Below, piece after piece: positions 1-13,170 of a stretch of 64,000 nucleotides of DNA; the stretch's first letter is position 1; the number at the start of each line of letters is the position of its first letter. The stretch is from Camelus ferus (lineage: Eukaryota): the NCBI RefSeq assembly GCF_009834535.1, contig NC_045697.1, positions 72,294,001 through 72,358,000 of the forward strand, written 5' to 3'. Both the position numbers and the translations under genes were made by a program. The notes under the pieces are model-generated. The model was not told where the DNA came from, searched no databases, and saw only the letters and a program-made list of their open reading frames with translations.

Positions 1-1045
1 TTTGTGCCAGTATCATAATAGTTTGGTGATTGTAGCTTTGTAGTATAGTCTGAAGTCAGGTAGCCTGATTCCTCCAGCTCCATCCTTCTTTCTCAAGCTT
101 GTTTTGGCTATTTGAGGCCTTTCCTGTCTCCATACAAATTTTAAAATTTTTTGTTCCAGTTCTGTGAAAAATGTCATTGGTGATTTGTAGGGACTTCACT
201 GAATCTGTATATTGCCTTGGGTAGTATGGTCATTTTAACAATATTGATTCTTCCAATCCAAGAATACAGTATATCTTTCCATCTGTTTGTGTCATCTTCA
301 ATTTCTTTCCGTCTATATGTATATATACATATTGCTTTCCTGTAAAGCTTTTAATTTCTCTATCAAACCTGAACTAGACCCTTGATTGGTAGAGTATTCT
401 TGGTTGTAGGTTTTTCTGTTTCATCACTTTAAATATATTGTGCTACTCCCTTCTGGCCTGCAGAGTTTCTACTGAAAAATCAGCTAATAGTCTCATGGGA
501 GTTCCCTTGTATGTTATTTGTCGCTTTCCCTTTGTTCCTTTGTTGCTTTTAGTATCCTCTCTTTAATTTTTGCCATTTTAATTACAACAATGTATTCCTC
601 TTAGGGTTAATCTTATACAGGACTCTGTGCTTCCTGGACTTGGATGACTGTTTCCTTTCCCAGGTTAAGGAAAGGAAACAGTCATCTCTTTCAGCTATTG
701 TCTCTTCAGATATTTTCTCAGGCCCCTTCTTCCTCTCTTCTCCTTCTGGGACCCCTATAACGCCAATGTTAGTGCACTTGATGTTGTCCCAGAGGTCTCT
801 TAGACTGTCCTCTTTTCATTCTTTTTTCTTTTTTCTATTCTGCAGTAGTGATTCCTACTACTCTGTCTTCCAGCTCACTGATCCATTATTCTGCATCATT
901 TAGTCTACTATTGATTCCTTCTGTTGTATTTTTCATTTCAGTCATTGTATTCTTCTGCTTGGTTGTTTTTTATATTTTCTAACCCTGTTGAAAATGTCTA
1001 ACTTCTCTCTCTGGGCATCTGTTCTCCTCCTGAGTTCTTTAATCT
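1..1045 (-). mobile_element. L1 LINE fragment (ORF2 part 1-~310 joined to ORF1 part ~335-1045)
   Basis: Antisense L1 motifs: tttgtgccagtatcat...tgtagctttgtagtatagtctgaagtcagg (ORF2) and cccttctggcctgcagagtttctactgaaaaatcagct (ORF1). Confidence 0.85.
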
Positions 1046-1432
1046 TTTTAATTTAATTTTTATCATTTTCTTCTCTCTAGGTTAGATCTCCTTAAGCTTA
1101 AAATTTTTTAATATTTTATTTTCTTTTTAATGCATACCCTCCTATCACAAAGAGGATGACAAAGAAAATGTAGATAGATATATACTTAAACACAACTAAT
1201 ATGGAGAATGTCTATCATTTTGAAATAATTGAATAATTATGACATTTGATATCAACTATGGTTCTGGGTTTTCAAGATGCCATTTATTCCTCTGCAAAAA
1301 AAAAAAAAAAAAAAAATGACCACCATTCCTGGCTCTGAGAAAGGAATGAATGGGCAATATCGCCCACTCAGAACACAGGAGGTCAAACTGAGGATATAGT
1401 AACCTATCAATAAATAAAATGGTGAGCTGTCA

Positions 1433-1585
<153 letters not shown>

Positions 1586-3067
1586 CTAATTTGAAATTTT
1601 AGAGATGTTTAAAAAAAGATTTTTAAAAGCACATTGTGGTTGATAAACACAATTCAAATCTCTGTTGGAAGAACTTATTTTAAATGTATGATAGTTTGGA
1701 TGTAATGCTAAGTGAAGAAAGTAAGACAAAATTATATACAAATTAACTATAATAACATAAAATAAGACTATAAAAATTATGGATGATATCTTTTCTTTGC
1801 CTTCCAAATTTTCAGTAACATTATTATACTATTTTTAAAAGTAAATTTTTGTCTTAAATTTATTCCTATAGGAAAAAAATATAAACCTTGGAAAGTATGC
1901 ATTTATTTTATATAATCATTTCAAACTATAAGACAGAAATCAAAGTTTGAATATTAGTACCTAGCTTACTCTTATCTCTTTTTTTTACAACACCTCCAGT
2001 CCAGTACTCCTTTATCTAGTAAATTTCCTTTCTGCTTTTTCCAATTCCTATTCACCTTACCTTCAGGTAAATCAAAATTTATAGACACTTTAAGAGCATG
2101 TACCTTCCATCTCTAGGACAGTGCCCAGAAAAGAAGAAAAAAAGCCCAGTAACAGAATGGCCAGGGACCCAGAGCACTGTGCTCCCAGCAAAGGCACTCT
2201 GGGCAGGTTTACTAATGCCCAGCTGTGCTGTACAGCTGCCACCAAAACCAGCCAGCAGAGGAAAGGAGCATTTGAAAAGGAAAAGAGACAACTGATTATC
2301 TGTGCTGTGACTGGAGAATAATTTCATTTTCATATGAAATTCAAAACATTACACACATTTTGAAATAAAAGGATATTACTACAACTTTTGGCAAAATTAG
2401 AGTTTAGTTACCAACCACATCTACATTCTAAATATAATATATGACAATGCATATTTATACATTTAAATAAGTTAAATATGTTTATTTTCACTTCACAAAG
2501 TTTATTTTCACTATCGCAAAGATAGCAGTTTATAAACCCAATCAGGAAATTTATTTTTGTAAAGTTCTGTTCTCAAAGCTTCAGAAAAACACTAAAGTTT
2601 AAAATTTCTTTAATTCTTTTTATCAAGGTAAAAGTAGGAGAATGTGCAAATATCTCAGCATGACAAGGTAAATATGGGTTCCCATTTAAAAAAAAAAAAA
2701 ACCTTCAGGTATTCTTCAAAAAAAATAAAGTAAAAAAAAAAAAAAAGTCCAAACTTAATCATCATTTTTTTTGGGGGGTGGGAGGGTGGCTAACCATCCA
2801 AAATGTACATTAGTCACTATTTTGTTCCTCTATAGGAAATCAATAATAGTTTTGTAAAAACTGGATGGTTTCAGCAGCCCCAAATAGTTTAGCTGTAAGA
2901 TTACTAACAGCTCATGAGAATGAAATGAGTGATTTTTAAATCCTTTCCATTATAAAGTTTCCATTATCCTAGAATTATATATTACCTCTTCGTTCCTTCC
3001 ACTGGAAAGAAAGTAAAAATGAGTAACCCTTAAGCTCTGTGCAAGAAAAAAAAAAAAGATAACTTAC

Positions 3068-3219
3068 ATGGCAGAGGTTACTCGATCCTGGAATGAATCT
3101 GCAGGGATCCAATTTGAGCCTTTCAGAAATATGGGAAATCCATTAATTTTGAAATAGAAACTCAGACCAGAAGACTCTTCTATGGGCTCTTCTATAAGTT
3201 CCACTGTCCTAAAGTAAAC
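3068..3219 (-). CDS. MANBA: MANBA exon 8
   Basis: cag|GTTTAC...GCCAT|gtaagt; 152 nt; [50 protein letters not shown], the start of the TIM barrel (KGSNWIPAD). Confidence 0.97.
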
Positions 3220-4337
3220 CTGTTATTAACAGAATGAAATACTGCATATCAAATTTAAAGCATAAGCATCTGCCAAAACCAAACTGTATTGTTCACTAGA
3301 GCTTTAAAAAAAATTGTCTTAAAAAGCAAGAGATTTTTTAAAGCAAACTTTGAGCAATTTACATGAACACAATTCAGTGTTAATTTCCTATCTGCTATGA
3401 AGCACTTAATGTGAAAGTGCACATTTTGGGGGAAAAAAAGTATATATAAATTATTGCCAGATCATTATTTCTCTTTGAAATGAAAAATAAAGAAGCTATT
3501 AAAGAGTGAAATATATTGCAGTCTTTCCCATGAGGTAGGCACTTGCAATTAGTCAAAAGAAATATATTTGAGATAACATTTCAAAATTAATGCAAAAACT
3601 GATATCATTTCACAGAAGTGGAGGAAAAAAAGCACCAGTTAAACTGATGCATCTTTGATTGAAAAACACATTCTTACTTCAGTGTTGTTAAAATGTGCCA
3701 AAATGCGCATCCTAGAATCAAAGAAATACAGCACAAGGTATCTCATCATTTAATAACTTTCCAATCTTAATAGCACATTACTTATGTTTAATGGGCAGTT
3801 TAATCCTAACTAATTATCACATTAAACTCAATGTCTGAGAGAGCGCTGGTGGGGAGACTGGAGATGTAAGTGGTCTTCCAGATGTAACTGGAAGAAGGGA
3901 TAGGAGCACACACTCCAGTGTGACCATTGCTATGTAAGATGAGGCTAAGACCTTTGTCCCCATGACAGTCTAGCCAGGTTTTCCCACAACTGAGCAAGAG
4001 CAGCAAGACCCTAGACAGAAAGATTGACATTCTTATCCAAATCTTCATTCTTTTCAGCCATACACTGGGTCAAGGAATGAGGGCCCTAGTTCTACACCAA
4101 TAAAGCCTCGTCTTGAAACCAAGATTATGCATTTCTTCTCTAATGAAAAATAATTAATTAGTCAACTTATTTCACATAATAAAGTGCCCACCATTCTTCC
4201 ACTTTCTTATCCTTGGCCTAATTAATATGACATGACAAAAGATAACAGAGTTAACTTTATGAGAAGACACAGAACAAGGCCTGGACGAGGAGGATCTTGA
4301 CACGGGACTACCACACCTGCTTTACAGTGCAAAATGT

Positions 4338-4372
4338 AAAAAACAAAAAACAAAAAACAAAAAACAAAAAAA
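4338..4372. repeat. (CAAAAAA)n simple repeat
   Basis: aaaaaacaaaaaacaaaaaacaaaaaacaaaaaa. Confidence 0.85.
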
Positions 4373-4435
4373 CTGTATGGTCATTTTCAGAGGTAACTTG
4401 TAAAACAACTTGATGGTGGCGTCAAATGTCTAGAA

Positions 4436-7249
4436 TAGCAGTTCTTTAAGTGTGGCCAGGGGACCACAGAGGATCCAAAGGGGTCCCTGAGTTCAAAGCT
4501 GTTTTTACTGTAAAGCTAAACCATTATTACCTTTTCCAGTCTCACTCTCTTTTGAGTGTACGGTGGAATTTTCCGGATGCTACATGATGTGTGATAACAT
4601 TCCAGTGGAGTGTGTGCTTGTGTATTCTGGGGTGTCCTACCTCTACAGCAGAAGTTTAGTGGGTGAAGAGGTGTGTTTTCAGAGATTAACTCAATTTGAT
4701 CTCAGTACTACTGTGTTCTGACTGGCTTGCCTCTGGTTATTCCTGCTCTAATCTCTGTAACCTCATTACTGCTCAATAAATTCTTATTTTGAATCCCCAA
4801 ATTTTCCTTGTAACCTACACAGAAACACAAAAGAACTAGGTACCTTTTGTTTATTTGTTTCATGTAATATGTTTACATTTTCAAACAAGAACAAATTTTA
4901 ATTTTGAGACTCACTTTAGAGTTTAACAATATTTTATCTCATTCTAAAAGAAAATTTATTTATACTTTTTCCTAATTTTTGTCTTAAAATAGGATTAGAA
5001 TTAATATTCTCAACCTACAACCACACTGTCTATATCTAAAAATGTTTTTTAAAAAAAGAAATTGACATATCAGAGAGTCTTCTGACTCACAGAAGGGAGG
5101 CATCTACTCCAAAGAAACTGGGTGAAATTATAAATAAGAAATGAGATTACGATGAAAGCCATTTTCCCCTCAAATTTATAGATGTTAATAATTTTTCTTG
5201 TTGTGTCTTATGCAATGGAACATTTTAAAAGTAACACTCATGGTGCCAGTAAAGTTGTTGTGTCATTTTGAGACCAATCATTCTAAGTTCAAAGAAAAAG
5301 GAATTGAATATTTTAACTTAGACGCAATAAGCTCTTTAAAAGGCCAACACTGTGTATTATGTTGTAATATATTTGTATTGTATTATAATGTTTTTCAAAC
5401 TAGAAATGAAAAAAGCCACTGGAGCATCTTACAGGGTTGGTTATCAATCTGCATTGGCTGGAGAAGCACAGATATTAGCCAGGAGAGTTTTACAGCTGAC
5501 ATTGCTGAATGCCTACTGGATGAAAAGTCAGACAAAGAAATTACAGCACTGTCACTCTGCAATAACACAGTAATTTATCCAATTAAAGATTAGATGCAAC
5601 TAAATCAATGAGACTGAGTTGACATCTCATTCTAAGAATCATACTTCTGCCTTACAAATGGATGGGTCTCCAGCATGATGGGGTTGCTGTTCTGCTTGTA
5701 TTTGTCTGTTAATTAGCACAGCAAATCATCAAAGAGGATCACTTTCATGTGAATCTCTGGCAATAAAGTACAAGGGATGCTGAAGTATTCAAACTATTGA
5801 ATAACTTTTTTGAATCTCAAGGTTCTCCTGCAACAACTGTGTTAACATTTGCCCTGTTGTCACAAAAGCAGTGGTGGGTAACACTGCTGGTGTCTTAGCA
5901 GAAATCAAGGCAGTGGCTCCAAACTGTGCTAGTAGCCATTGTACCCTTCACCTTCATGCATTAGTGAGGGGGAAGAAAAGCCACTTTCACTGAAGGATAT
6001 TCTTGATAAAGCAGTAACAATTATTAATTCTATTCAATTCTCAACCTTGTGTACACTTCATTGTAATCGTCTGTGTGATGAAATGATGAAATGGGAACTA
6101 TGAATAAAGCACCATGCACCACGTACCACGGATGTCTGGAGGAAAAGCATCCGGCCAGTTTGAGTTTTAAGCTGAGTTAGCCGTCTGGTTCACGAAACTT
6201 CATTTTGACTAGAAAGAACTGCCAGACAAACTGTGGTTATTCAGACTTGGTGACTTGGAAGGCATTTTTTTGAAAATGACTAAAGTGAGCCTTGTCACTT
6301 CAAGGACAACAAGTAACAGCACTGTGGCCAATGATAAAACTCAAGCTTACAGGTAAAAATTAGGACTGGGGAAAACTTGTACCCACTACCATGAGCTTGT
6401 GAGTTTCCCAATACTTTTTTGTTTGTTTGTTTGTTTGGTGAGGGGAGGAAATCAGGTTTATTTATTTTTAATAGAGGTACTGGGAATTGAACCCAGGATC
6501 TTGTGCACGCTAAGCATGCATTCTGACAATGAACTATACCTTCTCCCCCAATACTTCACTTTTCAGAAGTTATCAATGGTGGTATTAACAAATATGAATG
6601 TGATTTTATATAATGAAATTATTTAACACTTGGAAACGTTTAAAAATCTCCAGACACCAACCTTTTTCAAATAACTAATACATTATATTATGATGTGGAT
6701 AAAAGATCCACTAAGAGTGCAAGATATACCGATAGATTTTAGTGCAACAGAGTATAAACAGTTCATCAAAATGGTTTCAGATTCCACATTGCAACTAACT
6801 TTTAAGAAACTACCACTCATTAAGTTCTCGTGCAGTACCAAAAAAAATGTCCACAATCACCTGAAAAGGCTATTACAGTACTCCTCTATTTTCCAACTAC
6901 ATATCTGTGTGAGGTCAGAATTTCTACATATATTTCAATAAAAACAACATATTGCAAACTGACTGAATGCAGAAGCAAATGAGAAGCCAGCTGTCTACTA
7001 ATAAAGCAAGACATTAGAGATTTGCAAACATGTAAAACAATGTCATTGTTCTCACTAAATTTATCTTGTAAATATATTTACTTGTCATAAAATAACTCAT
7101 ATATTAACAGGTTTATTATTGTGATTTGAAATGAATAAATATTTAATCTTCAGTTTTAATATTTACCCACAAACAAAAGTGCTTTGGGGTCCTCAACCAT
7201 TTTAACAAATGTGAAACAATTGAGTCCAAAAATTTTTTGAGAATCACTA
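4436..7249 (+). mobile_element. Apparently full-length Charlie1-type hAT DNA transposon with decayed transposase
   Basis: TIRs tagcagttctttaa / ttgagaatcacta; 8-bp TSD gtctagaa (4428-4435) / atctagaa (7250-7257), fitting the Charlie NTCTAGAN target; Buster/Charlie transposase remnants KLLCHFETNHSKFKEKGIEYF, KATGASYRVGYQSALAGEAQILA and CLLDEKSDKEITALSLCNNTV. Confidence 0.88.
6417..6546 (-). mobile_element. tRNA-derived SINE (Vic-1-like) nested in the Charlie element
   Basis: Reverse complement of gtatagttcattgtcagaatgcatgcttagcgtgcacaagatcctgggttcaattcccagtacctc; TSD cccaatactt at 6407-6416 and 6547-6556. Confidence 0.88.
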
Positions 7250-8784
7250 ATCTAGAAAATAGAACTCACTTATTTCTTTATATCTATTAATGCTATAATA
7301 GTATTAATGATAAAACACATCTTCTAACATGCCTTTTCTTTTCAGTGCAAATTTTCTTATGAAAAAACAGCTACCCCTATCTCCCAATTCCTGCAGTAAC
7401 ATTTTATGGCCCCGTCAAAATAAACCCTAAACCACCTTACAGTTTCTCAGAGGTCAAACAGTAATTACCAGGCACCTTTCCCTCTGCACATTCTTTGACA
7501 GGTTAAAGGCTGGTCAGCCTATGATTACTGTCAATAAAACCGCGTCGTCTGGCAATCGTGACAGGTAACACAAAAGCCTTCTTCTACAGCAGGCGTTTCA
7601 CCTCAGAGAAAGGCTATTTGCAAAGAGTCCTGAGTAACATTTACTTACATCCAGAGTGAATATATTGTCTCCTTGCAAGATCAAACGTATTTTAAATGGT
7701 CCAACAGAGTAAATTACTGTCTAAAAGTAGAGAAGGTGTAAATACCTAAGAACCTAAGAAAGCAGTTGGAATTTAAAAAATTTTAATTTCCAAACTTTTC
7801 TATCTAATGTTGAAGGTTCTATCAGCAGTTCACTTAAATAAGTTTTTTAATTAGCTTCATGATTTCATCTTTAAAAGAGAAGGATTAAAGTACAGGAGAG
7901 CTGAATGCATTTTTTTAGACAAGAGTTAGAAATACCTTAACTAAAAGGCTTAAGAGGTTTGTGACTGATAAGTAAATACCATAGTTCTCAAATTTCTTTC
8001 TCTGGCAGACCAGACAGATGATGATGCAATGAATCACTGGCTCATGAACTGAGTATTACTTCTCCACTGTTTGTAATCAAATACTTAAAAAGCCATTCAA
8101 GTATCACTAGATTTTCAAAAGAAGAATTTTCTTCTTTCAAAAAAAAAAACAAAAACTTATTTCTACACACTGACAAATGTTACCTGAAGTAGTTTTCAAA
8201 TAAATTTCATGCATTTCCAAAATAGACCTTCTAAAATCATTTCACATCTACTGTCATGCATTTGTAGAGACAAGCAAACCCCACATTTCTGTCTGCTCTC
8301 AAAGTGCTCGAACGTGCAGAAATACTGAGAAAACAGTGTTGGACCTCCACAAAGAGCTCTCCTCAAACAGACCTGCGCACGAAGATACGGACAGGCTCTC
8401 CCTGGTGTGGCCTGGCAGTCTGCAGATAGCGGCACAACCGGAGGCTAGCAGGTGAAAGTTTACATCAGCACGGTTACCTGATGTGTATTTCGTGTATCTG
8501 ACATAGATGGGATCACTTTTTAACACAGCCCTCTTCTAAAAGATAAAATTATTTTCAGTAATAAAAGTGAAATAAACTGAACAATAATAATGGCCAGAAA
8601 AAGAAAATGCAGGCACTGAAAGTTCTCTTTTGTTTAACTCTATATGAAGAATCATGCCATTTTTAAGTAAAATAAATGTTAGAGTATAAAAAGAAAAAGT
8701 AATGAATTCATGTATTTGATTATATTAGTTTTTTTTTAAATGAATTAACATATCTACATATTGGCTTGTTATAGTAATGAATAA

Positions 8785-10130
8785 TAATATTTGCTATTTT
8801 GAGCCTTCTAAAACATGTCAAGAACTTTGTCAAAATTGACCTTCTTCACATGGATATATTCTATAAAGAAAATAGCCAGGTTTGTCAATGTACCCATGCA
8901 GAGTTGATGCAAAAACACCTTTTATTAATTTTAATTTAGAAACTTCCTTTCAAATGAAGTCAAAAATGTACAAGTATCTTGGGAAAGTATTAGATGTAAA
9001 GATAAGTTCGGGAGAGATTCATAAAAATCCCACTTCACATTAAATTCCAAGAAATGCAGTGGTATCCATGTGTTTGTTTCCTTGAGATCCATTCAGACTG
9101 CTTACAAATGCCCCTGAGTTCAGAAAATTTCCCCTTCTGAAGTACTTCTTCTGCAAAATCAGAGAAAATGGCTTAATGACAGTGAACACGGATGTTATCT
9201 GATCCATTGCTTTAGAACAGGTGTGCAGTTCTTGGTGAGAGTGACTGGGTTTTCCACATTGCTATTTTGATTTCTTCAAGGCCACGGAAGACCAGCATCT
9301 TCTGTTATTTCTCCTGGCACTCTTCTTCAAATTTTTATTCTTTTATTTTTCCCTATGTCACTGTCCATTTCACTACATTTTGTTTTTGCAAAATAAATAG
9401 CCTTTACCAAAACTTCTGTGCACTTATCTTCAAAGAAAAGTTTTAAAGCTTCACATTTCACGGTACATTGTTCAAAACATATATATTTGTACCTGATTAA
9501 CCTCATCTAAAATTCCACACCAGAAAAAAAAAATTCAGAAGAGAAAAGCTGAACTAGCAGAGGACAAAATCTGAGCTGATTCACATATGTTCACATTTTC
9601 TTTGGCTCACACAGGACTTCAAAGTTGAGATCAACTTTTCAAAAATGTAGCTTTACTGGGCCCTGCCTTCGTAATGAGTATCCCTTCTTGTCTAGGAAAG
9701 ACTTTCTGCAGCTTTTTCCAGTGATGAGGCGAGATTAAAAAGAATGAATAAAGTTTTTCCAAATTTTCAGAAAACATCATACATGAAGAAATGTTTTCCA
9801 GAAGAGCAAACTCTGCGAAGTCCAAAGAATGATTTCCAGGAGGGCAGAAAAAAACTGCGGATTAATCTCTTTGATTTTTGTATGAGTTCCACGAGCGCTC
9901 CTCCACGCAGGCCACAGCGGAGGCTTATGAAACAATGACCTGGTGATTTCAAGACATCTGTGTGTGCAGCAGTCTTTCCAGAAACATAAGAATGACTTCT
10001 TTATTTCACCTCTACTACTTTCTCTATGGACATATCTGATTAACTCACACATTCGATCTCTGTATTAAAGCATGTGGAATGCCATCAAAAAGAATTCCAG
10101 GCTACTTTGGGATTTTTTTAGTAACTGCCA
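8785..10130 (-). mobile_element. Fossil hAT-Tip100 (Zaphod-like) transposase coding region, frameshifted
   Basis: Minus-strand peptide pieces in hAT order: IRYVH..EIKKSFLCF; TKIKEINP..NHSLDF; LEKLYSFFLISPHHWKKL; FWCGILDEVNQVQIY; C-terminal dimerisation segment ESLPNLSL..FER.FSKLKLIK..LTNLAIFFIE..VNFDKVLDMF. Confidence 0.75.
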
Positions 10131-10339
10131 CTACCAGAGCACATCACTGATGTCATGTTTTACTTTGATTCTTCCTTTAGTTTTAAAACAATTCTCAAGT
10201 AAAAAATAAATTTCAATTCTAAAGCTATTAAAATTAGTAAAATGTCATATATGAACTCAAATACACACTTTCCAACCAAAATATTACATAATACACATCA
10301 CAGTTCACACTATTCTGTTTAGTTTTTTTTTTTAATAAA

Positions 10340-10590
10340 GATTTGATTTTTTTTACAAAATCAAAAATAAACAAATGGGACCTAATGAAACATAAGCTTT
10401 TGCAAAGCAAAGGAAACCATAAATAAAACAAAAAGACAACCTATGGAATGGGAGAAAATATTTGCAAATGATGCAACTGACAAGGGGTTAATTTCCAGGA
10501 TATACAAACAGTTCATACAACTTGATAACAACAACAACAACCAAACAAAAAAACCCAACCCAATCCAAAAATGTGCAGAAGGCCTAGACA
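10340..10590 (+). mobile_element. L1 ORF2 C-terminal fragment
   Basis: aaataaacaaatgggacctaatgaaac...gaatgggagaaaatatttgcaaatgatgcaactgacaagggg. Confidence 0.85.
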
Positions 10591-10594
10591 AGCA

Positions 10595-10902
10595 CGTTAG
10601 CTAAGTAAAGATGAGGTCATACTGGATTAGGGTGGGCCCTCATCCAATGGCTGGTGTCCTTATAAGAAAAGCAGGAGTCCATGTGATGACAGAGGCAGAG
10701 AGGGGAAAAATGCCGAGGACTAGCAGCAACCACCAGAAACTGGAGGAGGCAAGGAAGAATCCTTCCCTGAAGACTTTAGGAGGAACACGGCCCTGCCAAA
10801 AGCTTGATTTGGGACTTCCAGCCTTCAGAACTGTCAGAAAATAAATTTTTGTTTTAAGCTACTCAGTGTGTTATGGCTGCCCTAAGAAACCTAGGAAATA
10901 CA
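10595..10902 (+). mobile_element. MaLR LTR (MLT1B/C-like), partial
   Basis: gatgaggtcatactggattagggtgggccct...cttccagccttcagaactgtcagaaaataaa...ggaaataca. Confidence 0.8.
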
Positions 10903-11139
10903 GAAGGAGACACTGTTCACAGTCTCTGTGAACCCTAAGTAGTGATCAAAAGGGCAGAGGTGGTCAGAAATACACCTGGATTATCCTGAATTCTATATTT
11001 TCTGGCTATGTGCTTTAAAGTTCTTTAGAGAGCCAAGAGTAGCACTTAGAGAAAGAAAAAAAAATCCCACTGGCATTGTGACCTCTTTCTGCCCTGTAGA
11101 TATTGCAAAGATGAAACTGGGAACTCAAGAAGCAAAGAA

Positions 11140-11390
11140 CAGAGGGGAAAGGGGTGGGAAGGGATAAACTGGGAGTTTGAGATTTGCAGATACTGACTAC
11201 TATTCACAAAATAGATAAACAAGTTTATACTGTATAGCATAGGGAACTATATTCAATATCTTGTGGTAATCTATAAAGAAAAAGAATATGAAAATAAATA
11301 TATGTATGTCTATGTATGACTGAAGTATTATGCTGTACAGCAGAAATTGACACAACATTGTAAACTGACTGTACTTCAATAAAAAAATGA
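11140..11390 (+). mobile_element. L1 3' end (cetartiodactyl type)
   Basis: gggataaactgggagtttgagatttgcagatac...tatagcatagggaactatattcaatatcttgtg...cttcaataaaaaaa. Confidence 0.85.
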
Positions 11391-12329
11391 AAGAACAAAG
11401 TGAAATTCAAGAAAAAAAATCTCCATTATTTTTCTAATTGTAACAGCTACGGGCAATCTTTCACCTCCTCTGGCTTTGGAACTGTGCAACACAATTTCTA
11501 ACTGTGGAATACATTTCGTTACATTTTCTCTTTCCCTACAATAATTTAATCAGAGAATCTAGATGCCAGGTCAAATATAAACAGAAACGACCTTCTGTTG
11601 CTTTTAACAAAAAGATTTACCTTATGTAGGAAACACTTAGGAGAGTCTTACAAAATAAATTATGCTAAAGAGAAATATCAACTAAGTGATTTCCTATTTT
11701 TCCAGAAGGGAAAACCATAATTATGATTCCAAAATATTTATTATGCCTTTAACACACATTACCTCGACAATTCAATACCATCAATTCGTAGGATAAAAAT
11801 ATTCCATTAAACTGGGCAGAAAAGGGCAAAAACAGTCATTGGGAAGATTTTTTTTTTCCATTTACCTATAGCAGTTTCTCTCACTACCATTTACACACTA
11901 AACTTCCTTTTTTGTTAAAAAATCAAGTTGGGTTTTCTAAACTGATAAACCTTACTCTCCCAGACATACATTCTAAGGTCCTTCTTGAAATAACTTGCTT
12001 GACAGACTATATAATACCCCAACACGTATTTTTATTTTTAAATTTATTTTTAAAGTACATGTTAATTTTGCCTCATATTACCTCCCTTCACACTTAAACT
12101 CTTACTACAAAGTTACTCCTTTCAACAACAATTTTTTAAAAATTCCGTCAGGATATTCTTCCCTGTTCAAAAGAAATGTAGTCTGCACTTTCCCTTCCCT
12201 ACAGCACTTGAATTTTTTTTATGACCCAGTACATCTCTGCTGCATGCGCTGCAACCAAAATTTGTAACTTCCTCAAGGCCTTCCGTCTGAGTCAACTCTG
12301 CTGCTGTCTTGTGACATATCCAGTAAACA

Positions 12330-13170
12330 AAAACTTAAAATGCAAATGTCCAATGTCAGTGGAAGAGAGGCAAGAAAGCTATAAAACCTAGCAATATGCA
12401 TTTCAATGAGATATTTTACAAACAGGAATAGTTTTGCATGAAGCGAGCCCAGGATAACAATGAAACCATCAGGGTACATGCACAATAAGGATGAGATAAG
12501 GAGGGGCAGGTAATGAGGAAAAAAAGTCCCCTCTGACACAATACTGAGTGTTAGCAAGCATGTGAACACATGGAGTAAAGGTGAAACACACTTTGGAAAA
12601 CAGCGTAGCATTCTCTACAAAGGCTGAACCCGTGCATAGCCTAGGACCCGGCAATTCCACTTCCAGCAGGAATGCCTTTGGGGGCATATGCACCGTGGGT
12701 CATACGCTAATGTTCACAGCAGTATTACCCAGAAGAGCCCAAATCGGAAATGACCCAGATTTCAACAGCAGAATGTCTAATACAATGAAATATTACACAG
12801 CAGTGTAAGTAAACAAACTACAGCTACACACTACATATCTAAATGTCACAAATATAATATTGAACCCAATTAGCCAGACACAAAAGAATACAAACTATGT
12901 GGTTCCATGTATATAAAGTTTAAAAACAGGCAAAAACAAACTTTTGTGTTAGAAGTCAAGATAACAGATTTTGGGAAAGGACAGAGGGGTAGTGACTGGG
13001 GAGGCCCACAAAGAGTGGGGAACTTCTGAGGTGCTAGCAATGCTCTTGTTTCTTGATTGGGATGACAGTTACACAAGTGTTCAATTTCTGATCATTAATT
13101 AAGCGTTTCACTTACGTTCTTTATTTTTTCTCTTGTGTGTTATACTCCACAATAAATATAAAACAAAAAG
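12330..13170 (+). mobile_element. Old L1 (L1M-type) 3' fragment
   Basis: cactttggaaaacag...gacccggcaattccacttcc...ttagccagacacaaaagaatac...ggttccatgtatataaagtttaaaaacaggcaaaac. Confidence 0.7.

Noticed and set aside
5198..5593. 131-aa ORF as a domesticated transposase gene
   Set aside because: Transposase homology switches frames and is broken by stops and a SINE insertion, so it is a fossil.
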